Assembly (NCBI GenBank): GCA_964187785.1
Contig: OZ076409.1
Location: 53,012,001 to 53,076,000, forward strand
Origin: Amphiscolops sp. MND2022
Taxonomy: Eukaryota
DNA length: 64,000 nt
Direction of reading: 5' to 3'
Part shown: positions 35,401 through 47,942 of the stretch, one piece after another
Layout of the letters: each line of letters starts with the position of its first letter
Position numbering within the stretch: position 1 is the stretch's first letter
Notes under the pieces: generated by a model
Seen by the model: the letters and a program-made list of their open reading frames with translations, nothing else
Database searches by the model: none
Told to the model about the DNA's origin: nothing
Translations under genes and position numbers: made by a program

Positions 35401-38400
35401 CGACGGCAATTTCAAGCCACGAAGTTCTGCAAGTTTCAATAAGCATAAGTTCTAATTTTAAATGCAGCTGAGACGTCAACAATTTTGCCGCCATTTCAGT
35501 GCAATTTAACTTCATTCACAATGTAAACAGCAAACTAGCGTCATCTTCAGCGTGCTATTTGAGAAGCGGTGATTAAATCAGATGAGTATTTGAGAAATCA
35601 ATGTGTGAATACACCGTGATCGTGTCCGTAAAAAAAGTGGGAAATATTTTCAAATTTAATTGCAGTAGTAGAAAATGCAGTGTAATTCTACAGGATTTAC
35701 CTCCGGAACTTTACTGAATTTTATAGGTTTTATAAAAATTACCCTGCATGCAGGTCTGCAGCATGTAAAAGGTTCCAGCAGTCTCACCTAGGGGAGTGAC
35801 TGTAACAGTCGGGCTCTTATTTTCTAAAAGCGCCGACTAAAAACATGTCACTGCAAGATTTGAGCGCTTTTTTTAGTAAAAGATCTGTTCAAAAATACTA
35901 AAGGGGAACCTTCTCGGAAACGAAATTCATTTCGAAAAAGTCGCCATTTGCCAAAAAACATCAGTCTCTTTTGTAATTTAGCAATCCAAAAACTATCTGA
36001 AACATCCAAAAGTAGTCCAAACTTTTTAAAAAAAAAACGTTCCAAAGTTGATCAAAAGTTGCAGCATTTAAGAATTGGAAATGAAGGCATTTTTTTTTTG
36101 CTTTTTCGTGGCAATTTTCTTAAATAAGCTTGGGATTTTTTCTCTAGAAGGTATCCTTTAAAAGCAAAAAAGATTTTTAAAGAGCTCTGTAGATGTTAAT
36201 TCTTACAAAAACATTCAAATCGATATATTTAAAGCGTTCAAAACCTTATAGCGTTTTGAAACCAAAACATCAGATGCTTCTACTAAATAGATTGTGGGAT
36301 ATCTTATTGTTGCGTCGTAGAGCTCTGTGGATGTTCTAATCTTAAGAAACAGTAAAAAAGGGAGAAAAACCATAAAAGTTTCAAAAAAATTGTCAACTTT
36401 CGAAAATTTTAGGGTTATTTTGGTGTAATTTCGAGGCCCTTTGGAAAATTTGTTTTCCAAAACAGTTCAAAAATATCGACAGATCATTGTTATTTAAACG
36501 TAATTGGATGACGGCTGAGTTCTGTGGAACAATCACTATAATTTGGGTATGAAATTGGAAAAACATGCATACCCCAGTCGAGACTGCTTGAACTTTTTAC
36601 ATGCTGCAGGCCTGCATGCAGGGAAATTTTTGATAAAACCTAGGAAATTCTGACTGCGCGCATTGAAAATTCTTGTACAACTTCCCTGCATCTTAGAAAA
36701 TCTTCGATGTTTTCACTGCACCTTGAAACAAGCCGGGAACGGCCCAGGTCGGCGCAATATCTAAGGCTCAAAAATAGCAAAAACACTTCAAAGTGTCAAG
36801 TACTCTCTTCTACAGTACCCGAATGAGGAAAAAATTTTCTAATTTTTTTCGAAATTATTTTGGAGTCTCCGGTAAGTCACATAGTGCCGAAAAATGTAAA
36901 AGGCCCTTTGGGAGTTTTTGAACATCCATTCTTTTACAAAATAGAAAATTGAAGGGGGACCCTTTGGAGACATTAAAATATTTTGCGAAAAAAGTCTCAC
37001 AGAGCCGAAATAACCTGCACAAAAAACTTTTGGTCAAGGGCGGGACTCGAACCCACGTCCTTCGACTTGTCAGACCTCAAAAAAGCCTAATTAAACTCTA
37101 TGCCAAGTGCCAGTAGAAGTAGTGTGGCAGTTAGTGTTAGTGCAAGTCAGCTTATAAAGCTTATAAAATCTGTCAGTTCGTTGGTCTTAAAAAAGTCACC
37201 ACTATAGTCTGCGTTTTTCTACGAAAAGCGCCGACTAAAAAAGTCCTGCAACTTTTAAAAAAAGTGAAATAACTTAGAAGCGGGATAGAATTCAAATTTT
37301 GACTCAGACACTGCAAAACAATATCATATTATCTGAATCCTATTATTTCCTGCAAAACTGCTTCTCAAACGCTAGAGTTCTCATATGAAAAAAGAAAAAA
37401 AAGTTATATTATGAAACGTAAACATTAAAACATCACGAAACAATTGTAATTATCCTTCAAAAAACTGGTATTATTGAAAGCTTTCGGATTCTGAGAACTT
37501 TGCTGGCGTCATAAACCAAGGTCACACAAGCGTCGGAGCAGATCTGTAGCAGTCACCAGTGAAACTTCTCCATCAGAGGGTTGGATTCAAGATGAAAGCT
37601 TCTGAAACAAAAGGACTTCTGAGTTCAAAGACTGTAAAGAGGCTGAGCGGAAGGACAAAATAGTAAAAGCAGCTCCAAAATCACTTCAAAAACCAACACG
37701 TGTTTTCCAAAACTCGTAAAAATCTTTCCGCAACCATCAGAAACTTCAAACGTGAGGAGCAAGACAAAGCAAAATCATTCAACGAGAATAACAACATTGC
37801 TCAAAATTTCGAAAACGAATTTTTCACTATGCTAGCGAGGTCTCTTATCGAAACACTGAATCTCACAATTTTGACTTCAAAAATTACCAAACAGAAACAG
37901 TGATAAAATAAGGAAAAAGACTGTAAAAAGACTAAAATCGATAAAGATATCTCTAAACACAGGTTTAATGGCTAAAATAATTGCGTACAGTACATTTAGG
38001 GCCTATTTTACTAAATTAAAGTGATTTTAGGCCTTATTTTAACACTATAGTGATTTTATCAGAATAAGGACTAAACTTAGAGAAAAAATTTCCAAACACT
38101 GGAATAACGACTAAAATCGATGAAGATATTTCTAAACACGGAAATAACGACTAAAATCAATGCGTACAGTACATTTAAGGCCTATTTCACCAAATCAAAG
38201 TGAGTTTAGGCCTTATTGTACCACTATAGTGATTTTATCAGAATAAGGACTAAATTGAAAGAAGGTCCAAACACTGGAATAACGGCTAAAATCCATGAAG
38301 ATACGTCTAAACACTGGAATAACAAATGGAATCAATGCGTGCAGTACATCTAAGGCCTAGTTCACCAAATATAAAAGACTTTAGTCCTCATTCTAACACT

Positions 38401-39946
38401 ATAGTGATTTTATCAGAACAAGGACTAAATCTAAAGAAGATCCAAACACTGGAATAACAACTAAAATCGATGAAGATATCTCTAAACACGGGAGAAACGA
38501 GTAAAATCATTGCGTACAGTACATTTACGGCTTATTTTACTAAATTAAAGTGTTTTTAGGCATTATTCTAACACTATAGTGATTTTTTCAGAATAAGGAC
38601 TAAACTTAGAGAAAAAGTGTCCAAACACTGGAATAACGACTAAAATCGATGAAGATATGTCTAAGCACGGGAATAACGACTAAAATCAATGCGTACAGTA
38701 CATTTAAGGCCTATTTCACCAAATCAAAGTGATTTTAGGCCTTATTCTACCACTATTGTGATTTTATCAGAATAAGGACTAAATTGAAAGAAGGTCAAAA
38801 CACTGGAATAACGGCTAAAATCCATGAAGATACGTCTAAACTCTGGAATAACAGCTGGAATCAATGCGTACAGTACATTTAAGGCTTATTTTACCTAATT
38901 AAAGCAATTTCAGGCCTTACTCTACCACAATAGTGATCAGAAATAAATTGAGAGTGCTAGAGATTTGACTGAAAGTTTTGGATTACAATTTTTCATTTTG
39001 TTAGTCTTGTTGTTTTTTTTTTCAGAAAAAACCACCAAAAAGTTCAATTCTAGCAGAAAATTCAGTAAAAAAACTAGCAAAATTCTCTGATAATCTCGAT
39101 TGATGGTTTTCATTGTTTTATCTCTAACAAAATGTTTGAAAATTCACCCAATCAAAAAATCTGATTTCTGATATAACGCTCTCAAAGTAGTCCCAAAAAT
39201 AGTCTTCCATAGAACATTGATAGCAGTTTTTTGTGTTCAAAAACCTGAAAGTGATAAATTTCGAGTTTCTTAACAGTTTGGGTGAAGAAAAAAAATTTCA
39301 CACGAAAAAATTTTCTGTTATACGAATTTGTTTGCCACACAGGCAGTTTTTTTTACGTTTTTTTGTAGTGTCTGCACTTACAAAAGTTGAGGTTTTGCCC
39401 GCGAAAATAGGGAAAATTTCGCGGGAGTTTTTTCTTCAATTTCCTTGATGTTGCTTTGAAAGCCCGCCAAATTGTGTAGAAATCCTAATAAATACCTGAA
39501 GAAATATCATTGCATCAGGGAAAAATTTTTCTTGAATGATTCTCTATGAAACTTCAAAAGTCATGCTAAAAGTGCTTGGCAACCTTAATGAACATGTAAA
39601 ACTTCCCAGCAAGTTCAACTAGGGTAGGTGGAAAATATTAATACGCGTCTTGATTTTTCCAGCTTACTTGAAGCAACTACAAAGCAGTTTGAGTGACGAA
39701 GAACTAGATAAGCTAAAAAGTGCAGCTGAAACGGCTGCCGATCTCAAAGTGCCCGACTTTCGCATTGGTGGAAGCGTTGTGATTGGAAACTACTTGCAAA
39801 ATTTGCAGAAGATGCCCGATGAAGTTGAAATAAGCAAAGCTGAAAAGTTGAATTTAGTTTCAACAAATCTTCATCGCACTCTGGCAGAACACGAATCGAA
39901 ACTTCAGCAGTTAGAGAAACGTCTCAGTGATCTCATAGCTGAGTAA
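32461..39946 (+). CDS. Probable two-exon host gene (32461-32752 + 39663-39946; 191 aa), coiled-coil-like, function unknown
   Basis: Donor AG/GTTTGC at 32753 and acceptor TTTTTCCAG ending at 39662 are both phase 1; joined frame reads ...RESQREQA-AYLKQLQSSL...LQQLEKRLSDLIAE*. Confidence 0.55.
35069..35138. repeat. Short tandem repeat, ~21-bp unit x3
   Basis: GGGGACCCTTCAGTCTCCTCC repeated. Confidence 0.8.
36727..37240 (+). mobile_element. Non-autonomous dispersed repeat (HINE/DINE-like); related copies at ~34805-35842 and 47243-47648
   Basis: Shared left end AACA(A/G)G..CGGGA..CGCTATATCTAAGGCTCAAAA and right end AGTC..GC...GCGCCGACTAAAA. Confidence 0.55.
37905..38938. repeat. Tandem satellite, 175-179 bp unit, ~6 copies
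   Basis: TGCGT(A/G)CAGTACAT at 37982, 38161, 38336, 38511, 38690, 38865. Confidence 0.92.
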
Positions 39947-41705
39947 GTTTTAGTAGAACTGTTAGCGAGGAAATCTGTCGGACATTTTAATAATTCAGTG
40001 TATGAACTGATTTTTGCATTTTTAGCTCATAAAATGCTTCAAATTTCAAAATTCAACTAGCAATATTAGTGAACTCGCATGGTTTTCACCAAATTATTGC
40101 AGTGGTAAAATCAAAATCTTCTGATTCTCCTCCAGTTCACTCAAATGGACTTTTATTGCATTTACGTAGTTTTTCGGAATGGCTTCTAAAATTTTACTTC
40201 AGCATGTACTTTTGAACATTATCACAAATCTTGAAAAAAAAATCAACAAATTCTGAAAAAAAATCACAAATCTCCAATCAGCGTTCCATGTAGAAAGTTT
40301 CACGGAATAGGGTGCATTAAATAGCACTGCTAATCTGAATATTTTCATGGACATGCCTCCGATCATAGTAAACTCTTCCTTATAAGTTACTATAGTAACC
40401 AATCATTGACAAAAGAGCGGATTTACAAACACTAAATTCCAAGAGAAAAAGATGTCAGTCAGTTGGGTCACAGAGAAAAGTTCTACTAGGATTGTTGTTA
40501 GACAGAGTTCAGCCTTTATAATTGAACGAATTGTTTAGGATCCACAAAACGAAAGAAACGAGAAATAAGAAGTTTTCAATTCTGTGTTTCAATAAACTTT
40601 TCAACCTAACAAAATCACTTTGATTTTAAACTTCCGAACGTGGAAATTTGTTTCGGATCCTTTTATGAAATCAGACAAATCAAATGGACCGAATGATGAA
40701 AAAAATCATGAGTTCATTTTCATGAATTGAAACAAAATTTCCGGGTTTTTTCTCAAAATTTCTTGTTGTTAGGCAAGTTTCAAAGGTGAAGGTAATTAAG
40801 CTTGATTGTTTTAGGAAGCAACAACCATCTGCAAAGGTAAGCTATCAATCAATTTGTGTTCAACTCCAGTTTTATTAATCGCGCCACAATTGAAAAAATC
40901 AATTTGCATAACTTGCCATACATTTTTGAGGTTTTGCTTACCAAAGAACTTGCCATACAATTTTTTGAGGTTTTCTGTAAAAGTGAAACTATTTTTCAAG
41001 TTTTAAAGGTGGCCTCTTTGATTAGTATTTGGCCCTGTGGAACAGAAGAGTTTTCCTAAAAACCGTGCAAAAGCGCCACATTTTTTCGGCAGTGACTTTT
41101 TTTCGAAAAATGTTTTATTTTGTCAAAATAGGCCCTTCCGGGGCTCAGTACTATTTCTGCTTTAATCTTTCAATAATAATAGAATCATATCTGGAATACC
41201 AAGCAGGATCACATCTGGATTTAGCGCACAATTTAGCATTGTACCAGTTTATACCGCCTTTAAATCTGTTGTTTAAAAAAATCTGTACATGTAAATATCA
41301 TCAAGTATTTCTTTCTAGAATCAATTTCTGACTAGAATCAATTCAGTCTTTTAGTAGTAATAGTAGTAAATCTCGGACTAAAGCAAATATATATTTGAAT
41401 GCAGGCGAAGCTCTCCGCGAATGCATAATTACTACTCGCTCGTTCCATCGCACGAGAATTGAATTGTCGTCGGCAGCTTGAGAAATTTAATTCTTACGCT
41501 TACAGTCACTGACGAACAAAATATCTGAATTATTCAGTATCGTGCCAAGAATTGTACTGATAAAAAGTAGACATTTTGAGATTTCAATAATATTCCTGCT
41601 AAAGCAGAAATAATAAAAAGAGCTCGACTTAATCAGTGACTAGTTTTTTTGTCAGCCTCACAATGAATCGTCCACTTTTTGTGCACTTTTACCATAAGTA
41701 CTAAG

Positions 41706-44700
41706 TGTCACAGTCCGCGCCCGGACTGGATTGAATTAAAAGCAAACTAAAACTAATATAGGTCACCGCTTCGCCAATACGATTGAATTTGCGTCGCGAC
41801 TACGCTACGTCACAGCTATGGCAGCTAGTCAGAAATTCATTCCAAAATGTGACGTCAGCATCTCGTCTAACTTGGCAACTAGCTAGAAAGTATTCCAAAT
41901 CAGACGACGATATGACGTCACAGCTATGGCAGCTAGCTAATTTTCATTCCAAATTTACGTCCACTATATCGGCGGACTAAGTCTAATACTAATACGTACG
42001 TCCACGTTACGTCGCAAATCCATCAAAATAGCTAATTTAATCCATCCAAAACACCAAATTTACGTCCACTCTACGTCCCAAATTTATAAAATTAGGCGTT
42101 TTAGTCTGTATTAAACTTAAAAGAAGCTTTATTTTACTACGGTAAAACTAATCGAAGCTAGAATATGAATCAACGTCAACACTACGTCGCAATTTAACTA
42201 ACCAAACCAAATTTTGAATCTACGTCAGTATTGCGTCGACTAAGATTCAATTCGAACGGAATATGGTATTTAAGCCAGGATTTTTCAGATTTACTCAAAA
42301 TAACAGTGTTTTAATACGATTTACATTGAAAAGTCACAGTTTATATTCAATTTGTGTTAATAAAGTGAAGTCCAAGCTGGATTTTAAATGTACGTTTTGA
42401 CTACCTAATTTCATAAGTTCATATGCTGTTTGACGATGTCACGTCGTCTTTTATTGTTGCTCAAAGGTGTTGCTCCTAACTTTAATCAGATAAATATTTA
42501 TCAATTGTTGAAATATATAATTGTTTAGCCTCATGTAAATCAGTCACTCTCTTAGCATCACCAAATTGCCTAAATCAAGATAATTAGTCATAATTTTCTT
42601 CAAGTGGGAATTCAAAATCAGGTATTAGTTGTTCACGTCAGCGTCATCTCCGCGTCGGTTTCTTACGAACCAAAGCAGAAAAACGGGGAAGTATTTCCGG
42701 TTTGACAGACTGAAGTAATATCTACTTCCTGCTTGGGAGGAAACAAAAGGACGCCGGAATGAAATGATATGATCATGATTGATGTCTAATACTAGATTAG
42801 AATTGCCGTGTCTTAAAAATTGACGAAATGCTGACGAAGATCAAAGTTTTGCCGCAAAATTACAGGAAGTGACTAATATCTCGATGGAAATTAAAGTACG
42901 CGAGTATGAACAGATGATGCTAGGAGGGTATATATAGCTTGTACCTGTAAACTTATGAATTCAATTTCTGATTCAATCTGCTGTCTTGTATCAAATTCTA
43001 CTTTGTTTTGTTAAAACAATTACTCTGCAAACTTCAATTCAAAAGTGATAAATCCGAAAATCTTTTCATCAAGAGAAGCTGGAAAAGAAGAATGTCTTTC
43101 AAAAAAGCAACAAAAATAATCAGAAATGTACAGAACAACGACCCTAACAGGAGTCGTAACATGGTGACAGGAGTTTTGGACCTTTCAACAAATGTACCCA
43201 AGAAAACCTCAGCTTAAACTACCGTCCAAAGAGCGTCCCTGCACATTGCGGAAACTCTTCGCCCCAGAAACGAAGACGAACATACACTAATTGAGCAACG
43301 CAACCCAAACGGCAAATGAAGACTACTTGTTGACCTACTGATGATAAACGAGTTGAAATTCGACGACTACACCAATAACACTCAACCCGTCACCGTCAGT
43401 ACATCGTCAGATGCAGTCCAACACCTGTTGAAGACATCGTTTACCACAACACGAGGTTCCAAAAGCTGGCAACAAACCCCTGGGGCGTTACATTTGCCCA
43501 GAGTCGGGTGAATTAGCTCACATCGGTAAGTATATAAAAAAAGAAAAACTAGACTCTTCCTGAGGCCGAGATGTGCGTTCGAAAGATGACAAAGACGTAG
43601 TCACTGAAGCACACATTCCCAAATCGACGAGTCAGAAAATCTAAGCTATGAACATACAAAAGCAGAAAAGGCCTATCTGCAGTTTCGTATGATTCAGAAA
43701 AGATTAATGGAACGCGGAATGTTACAAACCTAAGGGTTGTTGAAAAACCAGCGCGTTGGCGTCACTAAGACGCACACCTCCCTCAGAGAACAAAAATGAG
43801 TCCTATTATCATCTTGCAGACCATGACCTTTTAAGATCATATGGATCCTAAATTGACCGGGTTATAACAGCCCATATGCAAAGACGACGCAAGATTGACG
43901 TCGCAAATGACCGGGTTATAACAACCCAAATACAAAGACGACGCAGTATTGACGTCGCAAATGACCGGGTTATAACAACCCATATACAAAGACGACGCAG
44001 TATTGACGGTGCAATTGACCAGGGTTATAACAGCCCAATATTGATACGACGTCTTTATGACGTCAACAGTGACCGCAAAAAATTGAAGTTGGCTTATTGC
44101 TAACAAAATTGACGTCATCAAAACGGTGACAAAACCTAAAGTTGGCTAATTACCAACGAAATTGACGTCGGCATAACGTCGACACAAAAGTTATCAGGGT
44201 TAAAAATTAATCCTATAATCTATAATGACGTCATCAAAACGGTGACAAATTCAAAAGTTAGCTATGCTAACGAAATTGACGTCAGCAAAACGTTGACAAC
44301 TTTGGTCAAACGAATTAATTTAATTCGTGGCCAATAAAAACGTGACGTTGGCAAAACGTCAACACCTGGAACTATAAAGGAATTAAAAGACAGCTTCTAC
44401 CACCTCCCAAAAAGTGCTATACCGAACTACAGAGTTGTACAGGAAATGTCACATTCCTCTGGGAAAGCGTACAACCAAAACAACCCTCTCTTCAGTTTCG
44501 ACAACCCCACGAGATATCTTCGTCCCATGAAGGTGGCCCTGTCACAGTCCGCGCCCGGCCTGGATTGTGGTTGCCAAGAGGCACAGTTTGGACGTGATCA
44601 TGGATGCATTATGAAAACAGTTAGACTATCTTATTAAACTGAAATAAACTGTGACAAGTTAAAACCATCAAAATCTAAATTATAAATGATTTCAGAACTT

Positions 44701-46418
44701 AAAAACATTCCGAGATAATTTCACACATTTCCGGACATGCGTAGTGATGACTGTAGAATTTTTATCATTTTCCTGCAAAATACAACCGAGACATATCATT
44801 GGAATTACTTGTCGCAAAAAGAACGAAACTACGTCAAAATTTGGGACTAAAGAAAACAAAAACAATTTGATAACCAATTAATTGACGGTACAATACTTCC
44901 CTAACATCATCTCTTTCATTTTATCAAGCCCCCGAGAACCATTCGTCCTATGAGAGTGGCCCTGTCACAGTCCGCGCCCGGACTGGATTGAATTAAAAGC
45001 AAACTAAAACTAATATAGGTCACCGCTTCGCCAATACGATTGAATTTGCGTCGCGACTATGCTACGTCACAGCTATGGCAGCTAGTCAGAAATTCATTCC
45101 AAAATGTGACGTCAGCATCTCGTCTAACTTGGCAACTAGCTAGAAAGTATTCCAAATCAGACGACGATATGACGTCACAGCTATGGCAGCTAGCTAATTT
45201 TCATTCCAAATTTACGTCCACTATATCGGCGGACTAAGTCTAATACTAATACGTACGTCCACGTTACGTCGCAAATCCATCAAAATAGCTAATTTAATCC
45301 ATCCAAAACACCAAATTTACGTCCACTCTACGTCCCAAATTTATAAAATTAGGCGTTTTAGTCTGTATTAAACTTAAAAGAAGCTTTATTTTACTACGGT
45401 AAAACTAATCGAAGCTAGAATATGAATCAACGTCAACACTACGTCGCAATTTAACTAACCAAACCAAATTTTGAATCTACGTCAGTATTGCGTCGACTAA
45501 GATTCAATTCGAACGGAATATGGTATTTAAGCCAGGATTTTTCAGATTTACTTAAAATAACAGTGCTTTAATACGATTTACCTTGAAAAGTCATAGTTTA
45601 TATTCAATTTGTGTTAATAAAGTGAAGTCCAAGCTGGATTTTAAATGTACGTTTTGACTACCTAATTTCATAAGTTCATATGCTGTTTGACGATGTCACG
45701 TCGTCTTTTATTGTTGCTCAAAGGTGTTGCTCCTAACTTTAATCAGAAAAATATTTATCAATTGTTGAAATATATAATTGTTTAGCCTCATGTAAATCAG
45801 TCACTCTCTTAGCATCACCAAATTGCCTAAATCAAGATAATTAGTCATAATTTTCTTCAAGTGGGAATTCAAAATCAGGTATTAGTTGTTCACGTCAGCG
45901 TCATCTCCGCGTCGGTTTCTTACGAACCAAAGCAGAAAAACGGGGAAGTATTTCAGGTTTGACAGACTGAAGTAATATCTACTTCCTGCTTGGGAGGAAA
46001 CAAAAGGACGCCAGAATGAAATGATATGATCATGATTGATGTCTAATACTAGATTAGAATTGCCGTGTCTTAAAAATTGACGAAATGGTGACGAAGATCA
46101 AAGTTTTGCCGCAAAATTACAGGAAGTGACTAATATCTCGATGGAAATTAAAGTACGCGAGTATGAACAGATGATGCTAGGAGGGTATATATAGCTTGTA
46201 CCTGTAAACTTATGAATTCAATTTCTGATTCAATCTGCTGTCTTGTATCAAATTCTACTTTGTTTTTTTAAAACAATTACTCTGCAAACTTCAATTCAAA
46301 AGTGATAAATCCGAAAATCTTTTCATCAAGAGAAGCTGGAAAAGAAGAATGTCTTTCAAAAAAGCAACAAAAATAATCAGAAATGTACAGAAAAACGACC
46401 CTAACAGGAGTCGTAACA
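41706..46418 (+). mobile_element. Non-autonomous LTR retroelement (LARD/TRIM-like), 1456-bp LTRs
   Basis: LTRs 41706-43161 and 44963-46418 with TGTCAC...GTAACA ends; TSD CTAAG (41701-41705, 46419-46423); PBS TGGTGACAGGAG at 43162; 1.8-kb interior with only a short RT relic (~43300-43430). Confidence 0.95.
43854..44053 (+). repeat. 54-bp tandem repeat (~3.7 copies) inside the non-autonomous element
   Basis: Units start at 43854, 43908, 43962, 44016; each has GGGTT-ATAAC-A(A/G)CCC. Confidence 0.9.
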
Positions 46419-47874
46419 CTAAGTACATGATTTTGAACGCATCCAAAGCCTCTTACATGAAATACAACACCATTCCAAAGCAGAGGGGATTCCCCTTCCC
46501 CTTTTTCGACTTTGTGAGACTTTTTTCCGATAATTTTTAATGTATCCAAAAGGTTCCCCTTCATTTTTTGGTATTTTGCAACAGAATGAAGGTTAAAAAG
46601 GTTTTCTCAATTTATTAAGTTAATGTCCGAATTGCATTATGTCTTGCCGAGAACTTACAATAGTGTAAGAAATAAACTGAACCTTTATTTGTTAAAAAAG
46701 AATTTGACCAAAACAAAAATAGCTCTGATTTCTGCTATCATCCGCACTTGAAATGTAGGTTTGCAAAGATTGAAAACTTCCTAATTTCATATTTCATTGA
46801 TTGTATTTACTACTGAATTAGCATATGGGACATCAGATAATTACCACTCGCTCGTTCTATCGCCCTAGAATTGAATTATCGTCGGCAGTTTGAGAAATTT
46901 AATTCCCACGCTTACAGTCACTGCCGAACAAAATATCTAAATTATTCAGTATCGTACCAAAAATTGTACTGAAAAAAGTAGACAGTTTGAGGTTACAATA
47001 AAATTCCTGCTAAAACCGAAATAAAAAAAGGAACCCCCTTCATTTTTATAATCTGTTTCGCTTGAAAGTGTTTTCCGAGCTTAAAGTGTTTTTTTTTCAG
47101 CACTCGAGAATTTTTTTCAGAGTAACAAACTTTCGAAAGAACTGTTTTTTAATGGGCTTTTGATGTTTCCAATTAAGGCCCATGCGTAACTAAGTAACAT
47201 TTTTCCTCTAGGCTTCAACCGCTATTAGCTTGATTCAATGATAACAAGACGGGAGCGTCTAAAATCTGCGCTATATCTAAAGCTCAAAAAGCGCAAAGTT
47301 TTTGAAATTGTAAAAGGGGGTCCCTTTCGACTTTGTGAAAATCCAGTTTGCTGCAAAATATCAAAAAAAATTGAAGGGCGACAAAAAATTTCGAAAAAGT
47401 CTAAAAGTGCCGAAAAAAAATCAAAGGGGGACCCTATAGTCCCGTCCGGTTTTGTATTTTACGTTTATAATTTAGTACACGAAAGGGGGATTTTTTACAC
47501 TACCTTAAATGCGTTTCCGCTTGCCGATCCAGTAGTTTAGTTGTTCTGTAGAAAAAGTGTCCACTACGCATAAAGTCTGTTGTCTGACGAAAAAAAACTT
47601 GCCACTGTAATAGTCGGGCTCATTTTGTTAAAATGCGCCGACTAAAAACATCTGAAATATTTACATTTTCTTCTTATTTCATTCTATAGCGCACAATTGA
47701 TTACTGTACGTTTACACCTTTCAGTCTTCTCGGACCAAAAGATGTTACTTAAACACAGAGGCGAAGCGGTGCTTCGCAACACATGACGAAGACATCGATT
47801 ATTTTAATATGCGTATATTTATTATTTTAATCGCATGCGTATATATTCAACAGTTCAACTTTGTTCAATAACGT

Positions 47875-47942
47875 CCCTATGGCACAGTGGTCAACACTTA
47901 TGCCGTGCAATCGGGAGGCTGCAGGTTCGAATCTCTCAGGGG
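47875..47942 (+). other. tRNA-derived (SINE-head-like) sequence
   Basis: A-box-like TGGCACAGTGG and B-box GGTTCGAATC, but the cloverleaf arms pair poorly. Confidence 0.55.

Noticed and set aside
43854..44053. CRISPR-like array or 18-aa repeat protein
   Set aside because: Contiguous tandem units with no unique spacers, no cas genes, eukaryotic context; the ORFs follow from the 54-bp period.
47875..47942. Functional tRNA gene
   Set aside because: A and B boxes are present but the D, anticodon and acceptor stems do not pair convincingly.
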